The position numbers and the translations under genes are program-made. Positions 40,416 through 50,299 of a stretch of 64,000 nucleotides of DNA are shown here, piece after piece. Position 1 is the stretch's first letter. Every line of letters begins with the position of its first letter. The notes under the pieces are model-generated. The model ran no database searches and was not told the origin of the DNA. It saw only the letters and a program-made list of their open reading frames with translations. The DNA is from Gemmatales bacterium (GTDB taxonomy: Bacteria; Planctomycetota; Planctomycetia; Gemmatales; HRBIN36): contig JBEPZY010000001.1 of assembly GCA_041640595.1 (NCBI GenBank), forward strand, positions 1,184,001 through 1,248,000. The letters run 5' to 3'.

Positions 40416-40802
40416 ATCGGTCAATAACCAGTTTCCCCTGGAAAAGTGCGATGACCGCCCAATGGTGGACCACGACGGCCCGAGTCCGCAAGCAGCGGAC
40501 TGGTGGCCACGTGTCACATGGATTTTTGGCAGGTCGGTTGGCAAATTGGGACACGCCACAACGCCTTCTGCAACACACGTGAAGGGGAGCGTTATTGTGG
40601 CCAGAAGAAAGTCGGTGCCGGAGAGGTTTTCGACAAGAATGGCGGCATCGCCCCTCGCAGTCGGGAACAATAGCGGCATGGCCTGCCACAATGGGGGCCG
40701 ATATTGGTCCCGCAATCAGGATCGCTGCCGAAGCCCCATCGGAGCCTGGTGCTGGCTTGCTAATTCAATCCAGCCGTCGCTCGATTAGCACCGTCGAGGA
40801 AT

Positions 40803-41165
40803 TATTGGACCTTGGTGCGGGCAGCCGGTCGCGGCTCGTCCTCGCAAGCGCAGCAAGCCCCAAAACGCCTCGTGCACGGTTTACTGGCGAGCAGTTTGTA
40901 CCTACCCCTACATCGGTTTCAAACTCTGGTTCTGATCCCGCTCGGTTTACTGGCGAGCAGTTTATGCCTACCCGCACCGCCGTCTGATGGATCCCCAGAA
41001 AGCTGAAGAGGTGACGCAGGCCTTCTTTGCGAAGCTGCTGGCCAGGAAATACCTCCACGCACTCACGCCAACACGGGGACAATTCCGAGCATTTCTGCTG
41101 ACCGCTTGCCGGCGTTTCCTGCAATAAGCGCTGGAGCCGGGCCGCCCTACAGAAGCGCGACGACG
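40803..41165 (+). pseudogene. ECF sigma-70 factor remnant (planctomycete type)
   Basis: 'YWTLVRAAG..SSSQAQQA', frameshift, 'VYWRAVYAY.HRR..D.QKAEEVTQAFFAKLL', 'RGQFRAFLLTACRRFL', stop at 41125-41127. Confidence 0.8.
40874..40973 (+). repeat. 34-bp imperfect direct repeat x2 with a 32-bp insert (period 66)
   Basis: GCACGGTTTACTGGCGAGCAGTTTGTACCTACCC (40874-40907) and GCTCGGTTTACTGGCGAGCAGTTTATGCCTACCC (40940-40973). Confidence 0.92.
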
Positions 41166-41178
41166 TGCGGGGCGGCGG

Positions 41179-43128
41179 TTATTTTTTCACTTCGAAGTCG
41201 GCGTCAATGACGCCTTCGGATGGACCGCCAGTCTGACGGCTGCCATCGCCACTGGTGGTGGTTCCCGCACCGGCCGCCTGGCGATACAGGTGCTGCGACA
41301 TGGCGTGGGAAGCCTGTTCGAGTTCGGCAATGGCTTGACGAATGGCGGTAATGTCGTCGCCCTTCATCTTTTCCTTGAGCCGGGCTATGGCCGACTCCAC
41401 CGCGGCCTTGTCGGCGCTGGAGAGTTTGCTGCCGTGCTCGCGCAACACTTTTTCGATGTGGTAGATGAGGTTGTCAGCCTGGTTGCGAGTTTCGGCCAAT
41501 TCGCGGCGACGACGATCCTCGGCCGCGTGGGCTTCGGCTTCTTTGCGCATGCGTTCGATTTCGGCCTGGGTCAGGCCGCTGGACGCTTCGATACGAATCT
41601 TTTGCTCCTTACCCGTGGCCAGATCACGGGCCGAGACATGCAGGATGCCGTTGTGGTCCACCTCGAAGGTAACTTCGATTTGCGGCACGCCCCGCGGGGC
41701 TGGCGGAATGCCTTCGAGGTTGAATTGGGCCAGCAAACGGTTATCAGCGGCCATTTCGCGCTCGCCCTGGAACACGCGGATGGTAACTGCTGTCTGGTTA
41801 TCTTCGGCAGTGGTGAAAATCTGCTTGCGGGACGTCGGGATGGTGGTGTTGCGCTCGATGATTTTGGTGAACACGCCACCCAGCGTTTCGAGACCGAGCG
41901 AGAGCGGCACAACGTCCAGCAGGAGCACTTCCGATTTGCTCCCCAGCAAGAGCTGGTGGCCCTGGATGGCGGCACCTACCGCAACGACTTCGTCGGGATT
42001 GACGCCCTTGTGCCCTTCTTTGCCGAAAATCTCCCGCACCAGTTGCTGGACGCGCGGCACGCGGGTCATACCGCCGACGAGCACCACTTCGTCAATGTCG
42101 CTGGGTTTCAAACCAGCATCGCGTAGGGCCTGCATGACCGGTCCGCGGCAACGTTCCACCAGATGCTCTGTCAACTGCTCGAATTTCGACCGGGTAATGG
42201 TCATTTGCAGGTGCTTCGGGCCGCTCGCATCAGCGGTGATGAACGGCAGGTTGATGTCGGTCTGGGTCTGGCCGGACAATTCCTTCTTGGCTCGCTCGGC
42301 TGCCTCTTTCAGCCGCTGCATGGCCATGTTATCCTTGCGCAGGTCAATGCCGGTTTCCTTCTTGAACTCATCGGCGATGTAGTTGATCAGCACCTCGTCC
42401 CAGTTATCGCCACCCAGGTGGGTATCGCCGTTGACCGCCTTCACTTCAAACACGCCATCGCCCACCTCCAGGATGGATATGTCGAAAGTACCGCCGCCCA
42501 GATCGAAGACTGCGATCTTCTCGTTTTTCTTCTTTTCCAAGCCGTAAGCCAGGGCAGCCGCGGTCGGCTCGTTGATGATACGCATACGCTGACGAACGAT
42601 TTTGCCGGTCTTCGGATCTTCCAGTTCCCATTCGGGGTCAAACCCGGCAATGGCAGCGGCATCAATGGTGGCTTGGCGTTGGGCATCGTTGAAGTACGCG
42701 GGCACGGTAATCACAGCCCGGCGAACCTTATGGCCCAGATAGTTCTCGGCCGCCTCCTTCAACTTGCGCAGCACCATGGCCGAGATTTCGGGCGGCGTGT
42801 AAATCTTGTCGCCGATTTTAACGGCGGCCATTCCTTTGGAGTCGGGCACCACTTCATACGGAACCATCTTGCGTTCCTGCTCGACTTCCTCGAAACGCCG
42901 ACCCATGAAACGCTTGATGGAGTAAATCGTGCGTTTCGGGTTGGTGATGGCCTGGCGTTTGGCCGGATCGCCCACCAGAATTTCGCCCTTGTCGGTAAAC
43001 GCAACCACGCTCGGCGTCAACCGGTTGCCCTCCTGGTTGGGGATCACTTTCACCTCGTTTCCTTCCATGACTGCCACAACGGAGTTTGTGGTGCCCAGGT
43101 CAATTCCGATAATCACGTCGCTAGCCAT
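41179..43128 (-). CDS. dnaK: Molecular chaperone DnaK
   Basis: '[10 protein letters not shown]', '[14 protein letters not shown]', 'DLGGGTFD', 'VNPDEVVA', C-terminal 'DADFE'. Confidence 0.99.
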   Translation of the reverse strand: MASDVIIGIDLGTTNSVVAVMEGNEVKVIPNQEGNRLTPSVVAFTDKGEILVGDPAKRQAITNPKRTIYSIKRFMGRRFEEVEQERKMVPYEVVPDSKGMAAVKIGDKIYTPPEISAMVLRKLKEAAENYLGHKVRRAVITVPAYFNDAQRQATIDAAAIAGFDPEWELEDPKTGKIVRQRMRIINEPTAAALAYGLEKKKNEKIAVFDLGGGTFDISILEVGDGVFEVKAVNGDTHLGGDNWDEVLINYIADEFKKETGIDLRKDNMAMQRLKEAAERAKKELSGQTQTDINLPFITADASGPKHLQMTITRSKFEQLTEHLVERCRGPVMQALRDAGLKPSDIDEVVLVGGMTRVPRVQQLVREIFGKEGHKGVNPDEVVAVGAAIQGHQLLLGSKSEVLLLDVVPLSLGLETLGGVFTKIIERNTTIPTSRKQIFTTAEDNQTAVTIRVFQGEREMAADNRLLAQFNLEGIPPAPRGVPQIEVTFEVDHNGILHVSARDLATGKEQKIRIEASSGLTQAEIERMRKEAEAHAAEDRRRRELAETRNQADNLIYHIEKVLREHGSKLSSADKAAVESAIARLKEKMKGDDITAIRQAIAELEQASHAMSQHLYRQAAGAGTTTSGDGSRQTGGPSEGVIDADFEVKK

Positions 43129-43306
43129 GGCTCACTCCTGTCATTAGAGGTTGGTCGTTTTCCAGTCCGTTCGCTCCCTGCGGCCGGGGCGGGAAAATTG
43201 CCCACCCCTACGGTAGGCAAGCGCGGCAGCACCAGCCGAGTTAGGGTAGGTTCTCTGCAGCTCGCCGCACCGGTAAATCGTTCTCTCTTCAATTGTACAG
43301 CATAGG

Positions 43307-43322
43307 AGCAACCGACGTGCCA
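43307..43322 (-). promoter_or_regulatory. sigma-54 (-24/-12) promoter of dnaK
   Basis: Minus strand reads TGGCACG-TCGG-TTGCT, matching the TGGCACG-N4-TTGCW consensus, ~180 bp upstream of the dnaK ATG. Confidence 0.75.
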
Positions 43323-43628
43323 GGAATTCTGGTCAGCGAGCAAATCATCAAGTGTTTGTATCACAGCGACTTGCGTCATAAGCCGTTATCGGGGCTAGTC
43401 CAGGTTCGCGGAAAAATGCCGATTCGGCAGTATTATGGTGGCCAAAACGACGCCATCGGCTGATATATGCCATTTCGGCAGCATGGAATATTGGCGGGCA
43501 GGAACAGCCAGGCTGGCAGTTTTGCAATTCCCATGATTTTTGCCGGAAAATCTTTGTGTAGATTATTGACAGTGGACAGTCGCGGTCATAAATTACAATG
43601 GCATCAGGGAATTCAGTCGAGGCCAGCC

Positions 43629-44762
43629 ATGAGTCGCAAGTCGAGCGAAGATGGCAGCGTCACTGTAACTCGATCCCAGGCCCAGTTGCGGTCGTTGCGG
43701 GGCCAAATTGACAAACTCGATTTGCAAATCCTCAAGCTGATCAACGAGCGGGCAGCCATTGCCTTGAAAATTGGCCAGTTGAAAAACGATCACGGTCAGG
43801 AAGTTTTTTCGCCAGCACGAGAAGAGGAAGTGTTGCGGCACGTGTTGCAAGCCAATAAAGGGCCGCTCTCGGAGCAAGCAGTTCGGGCCATTTTCCGGGA
43901 ACTCATGAGTGGTTCGCGGGCCTTGCAAAAGGTGCTGCGTGTGGCTTATTTGGGCCCGGAATACAGTTTCAGCCATCTGGCCGCACTGGAACGGTTCGGG
44001 CAAAGCGTGGAATTCATCCGCGTTGGTACGATTGCCGCCGTTTTTGAGGATGTGGATCGTGGCCAGGCCGATTACGGCGTCGTGCCGCTGGAGAATTCCA
44101 CCGATGGCCGCATTGTGGACACCCTTGAAATGTTTGTCCGCATGCCGCAAATCAAGATTTGTGCCGAAGTGCGACTGCGGATCCACTATCACCTGATGGC
44201 GAACTGTGCCCCCAGCGAAATCCGCCGCGTTTACAGCAAGACGCAGGCCTTATCGCAGTGCCGCAACTGGCTGGCCAAGAATGTTCCGCAAGCCCAGCTC
44301 ATCGAGGTCGCGAGCACGGCGACGGCGGCGGAACTGGCCCAGCGGGAGCCGGGAGCGGCTGCAGTAGCGAGTAGGCAGGCGGCTACGCGGTACGGCTTGC
44401 GTATCCTCTTTTCCAACATCGAGGACTATCCCTACAACGAAACGCGTTTTGCCGTCATCGCCACACAGTCCCCGCCGCATTCCTCAGAGGTGCCGGAAAA
44501 GACGGCCGTCATGTTTCAGGTGCCGCATCGCCCCGGTGCTCTGGTGGATGCGCTCAACGTCTTCAAGCAGAACAAGGTCAATCTGACCTGGATTGAATCG
44601 TTCCCGGCTCGTTCGGGTCGGCCGGAGTACGTGTTTTTCGTGGATTTCGAGGGGCATCAGGACGAACCCAAGATTCGCCGCACCCTCGAAGCGCTCCAGG
44701 AGCACTGCGAACGTGTGGTCATCCTCGGCTCCTTCCCCACCAGCGAACCCGCGGAAACGTAA
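43629..44762 (+). CDS. pheA: Chorismate mutase / prephenate dehydratase (P-protein)
   Basis: 'LR.QID.LD..IL.LINERA', 'AYLGP', 'VPLENSTDG', 'QCRNWL', 'N.TRF', ACT domain 'NLTWIESFP'. Confidence 0.97.
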   Translation: MSRKSSEDGSVTVTRSQAQLRSLRGQIDKLDLQILKLINERAAIALKIGQLKNDHGQEVFSPAREEEVLRHVLQANKGPLSEQAVRAIFRELMSGSRALQKVLRVAYLGPEYSFSHLAALERFGQSVEFIRVGTIAAVFEDVDRGQADYGVVPLENSTDGRIVDTLEMFVRMPQIKICAEVRLRIHYHLMANCAPSEIRRVYSKTQALSQCRNWLAKNVPQAQLIEVASTATAAELAQREPGAAAVASRQAATRYGLRILFSNIEDYPYNETRFAVIATQSPPHSSEVPEKTAVMFQVPHRPGALVDALNVFKQNKVNLTWIESFPARSGRPEYVFFVDFEGHQDEPKIRRTLEALQEHCERVVILGSFPTSEPAET

Positions 44763-45004
44763 GCACACTTGCCCGCCCCCGCCTGCGTATCATCCTCGTC
44801 CTCGCCACACTTAAAGCTGTTCGCACCACATCCGGCCTGCCTGGTGTGCTGTGCGTCACCGCGACGCGAATTAACTTTGGCCGCTACTGCACGGTAAACA
44901 GTTCCAGCTCGGCTTCGGTCGGCCAAGGCAAAAAAGCGAACCAGTCTGGGTTGTTCGAGAAATCCAAGTTGCGGAAGGCTCTGGCAATATGGTCCCGTAG
45001 GCTT

Positions 45005-47614
45005 TCAGTTGGCGAAGGGGACGAGGCGATAAGAAAACTGCACGTCATCGGCCGGGGTCAGGCTGTCGGCCAGCTGAATGAAGAGCGTTCCCTGGGCGGC
45101 GCGGTGCACCGGTCGCGGTTTGTCGAACTCAATCCGCACGCCGAAACCGCCACGATCGATCAGCACCCCTCGCGCCATCACCGGCTTGTCGGCAAGTGGC
45201 TCGCCCGCCTGACCGTCGTCGCCCAGTACCGTAACGGTGGTCGGCAGCGGTTTCTGTCCTGGCCGGGCTTTACCCTGCGGCAAAAACGGAATGAGTTCGT
45301 ACACCTCGCGGACCTTGCCACGGAACGGATTTTTCAGCCACAGCGCCAGTAGCTCTTTATCCTGCGTCTGCTGCAATTGTACCTGGCAGCGGATGCCGTC
45401 CGGTTCGAAGATGTACACCCGCCGGCAGCGTAACGGTGTTCCGCGGATGTCACCGGAGCTTTCCACCCGTTGTCCGACAAGGCGGGCATCGAAGTGTTCG
45501 CTATCCCCGGCGACAAACGGCGAACCGTCGGCCTGAATCCCGGCCAGGGTGTGCAGGCGGAAACCGCGCCATTGGGAAACGTCCATATTCTCGCCATAAG
45601 CCCCATTGAGCACCGAAGCCAGGACCAGTCCCCTACCCGGCACATGCAACTGGCAGATCATGCCGCCACCGTAACCGGATTGCCCCAGGTGGCTGTGCGT
45701 TTCCCATTTCGGCGACAACCGACCGTGATAGGTCAGGACGTAATAGTTTTTCCGGCGAGCGGCGAACCACTCGTTGGCCCCGTTGACCGACTCGGTGAAA
45801 TCCGGCCCCGGCAAACCTTTCCAGGCGAAAGGCCCTTCGGTCTCGATTTTCCAGTGGGGATAGTAGTGGGTACGGGAACTCCACGGCCCAGCAGGAACGT
45901 TTTCGTCGGCCAACGTGTAGCTGAACCATCGCCGCACGCCATCGTACACCTTTTGCAACCGCGGATCGGGCAGGTCAGCCAGGATTGCTTGCCACGTTGT
46001 CAGGATGTAAGAGCCGTAGTGATACGCATAGGCGAACCCTTCCTGCACCGGTCCGGAAGGCCCGACGCCGACTCGTTCGCCCCAGCCACCACGGGTAAAA
46101 CGCTCCCAGTAGGTGTCGAACAATTCCTTCTGCAGCGGATCGCCGGTCGCTTCGTAACAATAACGCAGCGCCGCCAGCACCTGGGCGTATGAGTTGCCGT
46201 TGACCCGTTCCCAACTGCGGCAAAACGCCAGCCGATCACCAGCCACCAGAAACGCCTCGCGGACGATCGCTTTCACCTCGTCCGGTGCATCGCTGTGTTG
46301 CAGGATGTGCCACGCCGGCCGCCAGTATTGCCACGCATAGTTGCTGAACTCGTAAGCGAGATTGGCAAACGGCCCACCCATCGCGACGGCGACGTGATCG
46401 TTCGGCCCGATGGCTCGCAGCCCGGCGAACAGTTCCCGCAACGCCACATTCAACGCCGCACGGTTTTTGTGTGCGGGATAATGATGCATAATCCGATCGC
46501 ACAGGGGCGGCTGGCCGTACGGACCGTTCACCGGCAAAAAGTTTGGTCGCTGCGGAAGCACAGGCAACTTCTGTCCCGGCGGATAGCCCGCCACCGGTGT
46601 CGCCAGTTCCCCTTTTTCGTTCCGCACCTCGAAATCTTCCGGCCGCAGCTTCTTCAGCCAGTCGTGGAAGCGAACCTGGAAGCCGTGCCAGAATACCTCG
46701 CCGTCGTGATAAATGGCACCGTTGCGGATCGCCCGAGCCGTCGCTTCATCAGCTGCCAGCACCGCCGGCACTGCCGGTTCGCCCCGATGGTGTACGTTGG
46801 CATTTCGCTGCAACCGCAACTTCACCAGGAGCAGGAAATCATTATCCCCCGGCGATACTTCCAGCCGCAGCACCTGATCCCACAGTTGTTCCGGCTGGGC
46901 AAAATCCACCGCCGTCTTCCAGAAAATCGGTCCCGGCTCGTTGGCCACCAGTTCCTTGCCGTCGGGAGTATAGATCGCCACACGCCGTTGTCGCGGCCGG
47001 TCGTATTCCGCGATCGCCACATACAGCCCGACGCTGCCCCGCGGCACATACAAATACGCTCGCCGCCATTGCTCGCCGTGCCCGTGCAGCCAATCCGGAT
47101 GGCCCGCCATTGCCGTCGGCAGCTCCGGTTCGATCTTGAACGACACTACATGATCCGTCGCCCCGACGATCACCACCCGATACACGCCCGCCTGTCCCCC
47201 ACGCACTGCAAAGCGAAAGTCGCGCTTCGGCACCGCCGCCAGCCGGGCCGGGTCCATGACCGCACTCCAGCGAAGCAATGCCGCTCCCTTTTCCTGAGCG
47301 TAAGCGTGATACCACGCTTCATGGTCCCAGCCGCCCATCGGCAACTGAAACAGCGGCTTGGTAATACCGTCATCGGGCAGCACTTGCCGCACCACGCACC
47401 GCCCCTGCGGATCATACACCTTCACCAGCACCTCACGCGGGCCGAACTCATACAGGTTCAGGTCGCGGACACCCAGATGCACCGTGAAATCCTTACCCGC
47501 CTCGTTGACCACGAAGACGGTAATCCCGTCATGCAACCTATGCGTGGATTGTGCCTGCAACAGCGGCGCGCACCCTATCAGCATCAGAGCCACCAGTACC
47601 GCGTTCCTTTTCAT
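45005..47614 (-). CDS. Large secreted hypothetical protein (869 aa)
   Basis: GGAG RBS, signal peptide, strong GC3 bias, W/Y/H-rich central region; no family recognised. Confidence 0.85.
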   Translation of the reverse strand: MKRNAVLVALMLIGCAPLLQAQSTHRLHDGITVFVVNEAGKDFTVHLGVRDLNLYEFGPREVLVKVYDPQGRCVVRQVLPDDGITKPLFQLPMGGWDHEAWYHAYAQEKGAALLRWSAVMDPARLAAVPKRDFRFAVRGGQAGVYRVVIVGATDHVVSFKIEPELPTAMAGHPDWLHGHGEQWRRAYLYVPRGSVGLYVAIAEYDRPRQRRVAIYTPDGKELVANEPGPIFWKTAVDFAQPEQLWDQVLRLEVSPGDNDFLLLVKLRLQRNANVHHRGEPAVPAVLAADEATARAIRNGAIYHDGEVFWHGFQVRFHDWLKKLRPEDFEVRNEKGELATPVAGYPPGQKLPVLPQRPNFLPVNGPYGQPPLCDRIMHHYPAHKNRAALNVALRELFAGLRAIGPNDHVAVAMGGPFANLAYEFSNYAWQYWRPAWHILQHSDAPDEVKAIVREAFLVAGDRLAFCRSWERVNGNSYAQVLAALRYCYEATGDPLQKELFDTYWERFTRGGWGERVGVGPSGPVQEGFAYAYHYGSYILTTWQAILADLPDPRLQKVYDGVRRWFSYTLADENVPAGPWSSRTHYYPHWKIETEGPFAWKGLPGPDFTESVNGANEWFAARRKNYYVLTYHGRLSPKWETHSHLGQSGYGGGMICQLHVPGRGLVLASVLNGAYGENMDVSQWRGFRLHTLAGIQADGSPFVAGDSEHFDARLVGQRVESSGDIRGTPLRCRRVYIFEPDGIRCQVQLQQTQDKELLALWLKNPFRGKVREVYELIPFLPQGKARPGQKPLPTTVTVLGDDGQAGEPLADKPVMARGVLIDRGGFGVRIEFDKPRPVHRAAQGTLFIQLADSLTPADDVQFSYRLVPFAN

Positions 47615-47642
47615 GCGAGCGCTCCTTGTTGACCTCCAGCGT

Positions 47643-47975
47643 CCGCAGTCTTAGCCGCGAGTGCTCCAACTATTCCACCTGAGATGGTGATCGAAATGCT
47701 AAAGGGGTAATGTGCTTGTAGCGTTAGCCGTAAGCGACCCAAGTATCCCACTCAGGTGGCGAAAGTGCGGCTATGTATTCTGCTGGAGTTTGTAGCGTTA
47801 GCCGCCAGTGCCCCTAGCATCCCAGTCGGATTGCAGCAGTGCGGCAATGTGCCCTGTTTGGGTTTGTAGCGTTAGCCGTAAGCGACCCAAGTATCCCACT
47901 CAGGTGGCGAAAGTGCGGCTATGTATTCTGCTGGAGTTTGTAGCATGAGCCGCCAGCGATCTAAGTATCTCAGAC
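47643..47975. repeat. 74-bp tandem repeat, about 4.5 units
   Basis: TTGTAGC(G/A)T(T/G)AGCCG at 47716, 47790, 47864 and 47938, degenerate copy near 47643; units from 47716 and 47864 are essentially identical. Confidence 0.95.
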
Positions 47976-48005
47976 CTGGGCCGGATTGTCTGGTGCTCGC
48001 TGACA

Positions 48006-48103
48006 CTTTCGCCGTCAGCGTGTATCGCAACGGTGCCGCTACCCCGTCATTATGCGAACCCCAGCCCACGATGTACACACACCTCTGTTCGTTGACCGCT
48101 GAT
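48006..48103. repeat. ~98-bp dispersed direct repeat, copy 1
   Basis: CGCCGTCAGCG...CCGCTACCCCGTCATTATGCGA...CAGCCCA.GATGTACACACACCTC...TTGACCGCTGAT, also at 48734-48895. Confidence 0.9.
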
Positions 48104-48343
48104 TTGACAGCGAGCTTGTTGCCCTGCTAGCCCTAGAGGGGCACATCCGCCTCTCGTTAACATTGACTCATTCCAAGGCATGCCTTCTAGAAACGAGAGC
48201 AACTACGCCCTGGCAGACGCAGCCTTAGCGTGGCATGAGTGCTGGATTCTAGCCGGTGGCACAGCTCGCCTATAAAAATTCTTGATAAACACTCGCACAA
48301 AAGCTCGGCGAACGAAGCTGATACGGCGCAATGGGAGTCAGCC

Positions 48344-48697
48344 ATGTCCAAACGTTTTACACTTAGAAAGGTGCTGTTAGGTATAGCTAGTCTCACTGCT
48401 TTGCTGATCGGGGCTCCCATCTGGCCTATCTTTTCAATCGTAGCAGCAATGGACCGGCATTTCGATCTGACCACAATTATCGTGCTAATGACCGTGTGGA
48501 GTGTTGCATCGCTGGTGACTTTTGGCGTGGCCATGTACTTTATCTACCTGGTATACCACAATGAAGCGCTACAAGCAGAACAAAAGGTGATTTGGACCAT
48601 GCTTTTGATATTTTTCTGGCCGGTGATGCCTGTGATATATTGGTACAACTATATTTGGAAGGAACCGCAAGCCGACCGGAGCCCACAAGGAGGCTAG
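48344..48697 (+). CDS. Small membrane protein with PLDc_N-like C-terminus
   Basis: GGGAG RBS, three hydrophobic segments, 'EQKVIWT.LLIFFWP....IYWY'. Confidence 0.7.
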   Translation: MSKRFTLRKVLLGIASLTALLIGAPIWPIFSIVAAMDRHFDLTTIIVLMTVWSVASLVTFGVAMYFIYLVYHNEALQAEQKVIWTMLLIFFWPVMPVIYWYNYIWKEPQADRSPQGG

Positions 48698-48733
48698 CTC
48701 GTCACTACTAAATGCAGGATTCTGAACCGTCGC

Positions 48734-48895
48734 CTTTCCGCCGTCAGCGTATGTCGCAGCGTTCCGCTACCCCGTCATTATGCGAACTCGTCAAGGTTAG
48801 CTATAGACCATCCAGAGACGCACCCAATTACCCTGCTGCGTCATTATGCGAGCCCAGCCCAGGATGTACACACACCTCCGTCCTTGACCGCTGAT
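48734..48895. repeat. Dispersed direct repeat, copy 2, carrying a ~66-bp insertion
   Basis: Matches 48006-48103, but CGTCATTATGCGA occurs twice (48773 and 48839). Confidence 0.88.
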
Positions 48896-49180
48896 CGACT
48901 TCAATGACCGCTCCTTATAGACAGAAGGAATTACACTGTGCTATCTTTCATTAAGTAGCAACTGCTACCCTAAGCGCGAACAGTACTGTCAAGCTACCAA
49001 CAAACCAAATCACAATCCCCTTCTTAGCAACACCGGCCTAACATTACTGATATGCCTAATAAGACGGGGCCTGAGCATCTGGAATCCATCGGCGCGAAGA
49101 TGTTCCCCCTTGGTCAGGTGAACCACGCCTGGATATGATCTCGTCTACTTCCTACCCACACGGGAGAGGACATAAGTCCT

Positions 49181-49408
49181 ATGAAGAGGTCCATCCGCAA
49201 TTTCACTACGTACGATCGCGGTAATGCCGATGAGCTATTTGTAAGCGTCAGCACCGAAAATGGCCTCATAGCGCTTGTGCTGTCGCTGAAAGCTGACGGT
49301 GATATTACCGTGTTCCTGGACACCCCTGCTGCTAGAGAGCTAGCAAACGCACTCATTGAGGCAGCTAACCAGTCCGAATTAGAATACCCGCCCCACGAAA
49401 CTACGTAG
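49181..49408 (+). CDS. Small acidic hypothetical protein (75 aa)
   Basis: GAGGA RBS, globular beta-beta-beta-alpha-like pattern; no family recognised. Confidence 0.55.
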   Translation: MKRSIRNFTTYDRGNADELFVSVSTENGLIALVLSLKADGDITVFLDTPAARELANALIEAANQSELEYPPHETT

Positions 49409-49861
49409 TTGTTGTTGCTGATGGGGGTCGGGGCGCGTTAGGACTGGGCTTTCGACCAGTACCTGCGGAAACCGATCGAGGAGTGGATCCGCATGTGCAA
49501 GTGGCGTTCGCAGCCTGTGTTCAAAACACAGAGTGCATTCAATTTTGGGATAGCTTTGCGGCTGGACGGGAATCGCAGTGGCGATCAGCGCCTTTCCAGC
49601 CAGTGCACCTCAACTTCAGATGAGTCGTAAAATATTAGTGGGGTCGCGCCTTTACACCGCTGCAACTACAAGAATCATTCACATTCGGCCTCAGCATGGG
49701 CGAGCCGGTTTGAATTGATTATCATACACTTCGAGGGCATAAGATACCCCGTACTGACTCGGATGTGTTGGAGAGTAAACTTCATTCTTCTGGAGACAAC
49801 CTAACAAACTAGTCACGGAAGCTTTTCGTTAGACAATTAACGAGTACCAGAGGAGGTTCAA

Positions 49862-50299
49862 ATGACACCAGAAGAGGTAATATCGAGGGCGGAAAATCAG
49901 CGAGAACTAGAAGATATACCCACTTATGATGCCTTCTTCCACCCGTCTCATATCGAATTTTTCGCAGAGCTTTTCCAGCTGAGGATTCCTATCTGGATTC
50001 CGGATTATGACCTCGCCAGGTTGAAGCGTAAGATATGGTTCATTAAGGTGATGGAGGTACCGACCAGGCGTCATGATCTACTTGTTTACCACGTCCAGAG
50101 GTATTTCGTCGAGCGGGAGGCTGAGCTAGACCGCCATGTGCTTGGAAGGTTAATCTACTCCCCTGAGAAGCGCTGCCTATCGCTATTTTCGAATGACGGT
50201 CTGAAGGTCGAAATGGAAGTGTCGGCATTATGCGTTGAGCTGATAAAAAGACAAGAAGTGCGGTGGGATTGGCGTTGGCTTGATATCATCTGTTGTTAA
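49862..50299 (+). CDS. Hypothetical protein (145 aa)
   Basis: AGGAGG RBS directly before ATG; atypical, lower-GC codon use. Confidence 0.65.
   Translation: MTPEEVISRAENQRELEDIPTYDAFFHPSHIEFFAELFQLRIPIWIPDYDLARLKRKIWFIKVMEVPTRRHDLLVYHVQRYFVEREAELDRHVLGRLIYSPEKRCLSLFSNDGLKVEMEVSALCVELIKRQEVRWDWRWLDIICC

Noticed and set aside
41290..43305. Long plus-strand ORFs (278, 305 and 380 aa) opposite dnaK
   Set aside because: Antisense shadows of a codon-biased GC-rich gene
46295..47632. 445-aa plus-strand ORF; likewise 58361-59698 (+) and 54167-55144 (-)
   Set aside because: Antisense to better-supported genes, with unnatural amino-acid composition
49799..49836. attC-like pair ACCTAAC...GTTAGAC before the 145-aa ORF
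   Set aside because: Only ~37 bp long, no convincing L-box stem, not repeated after the other ORFs, and no integrase
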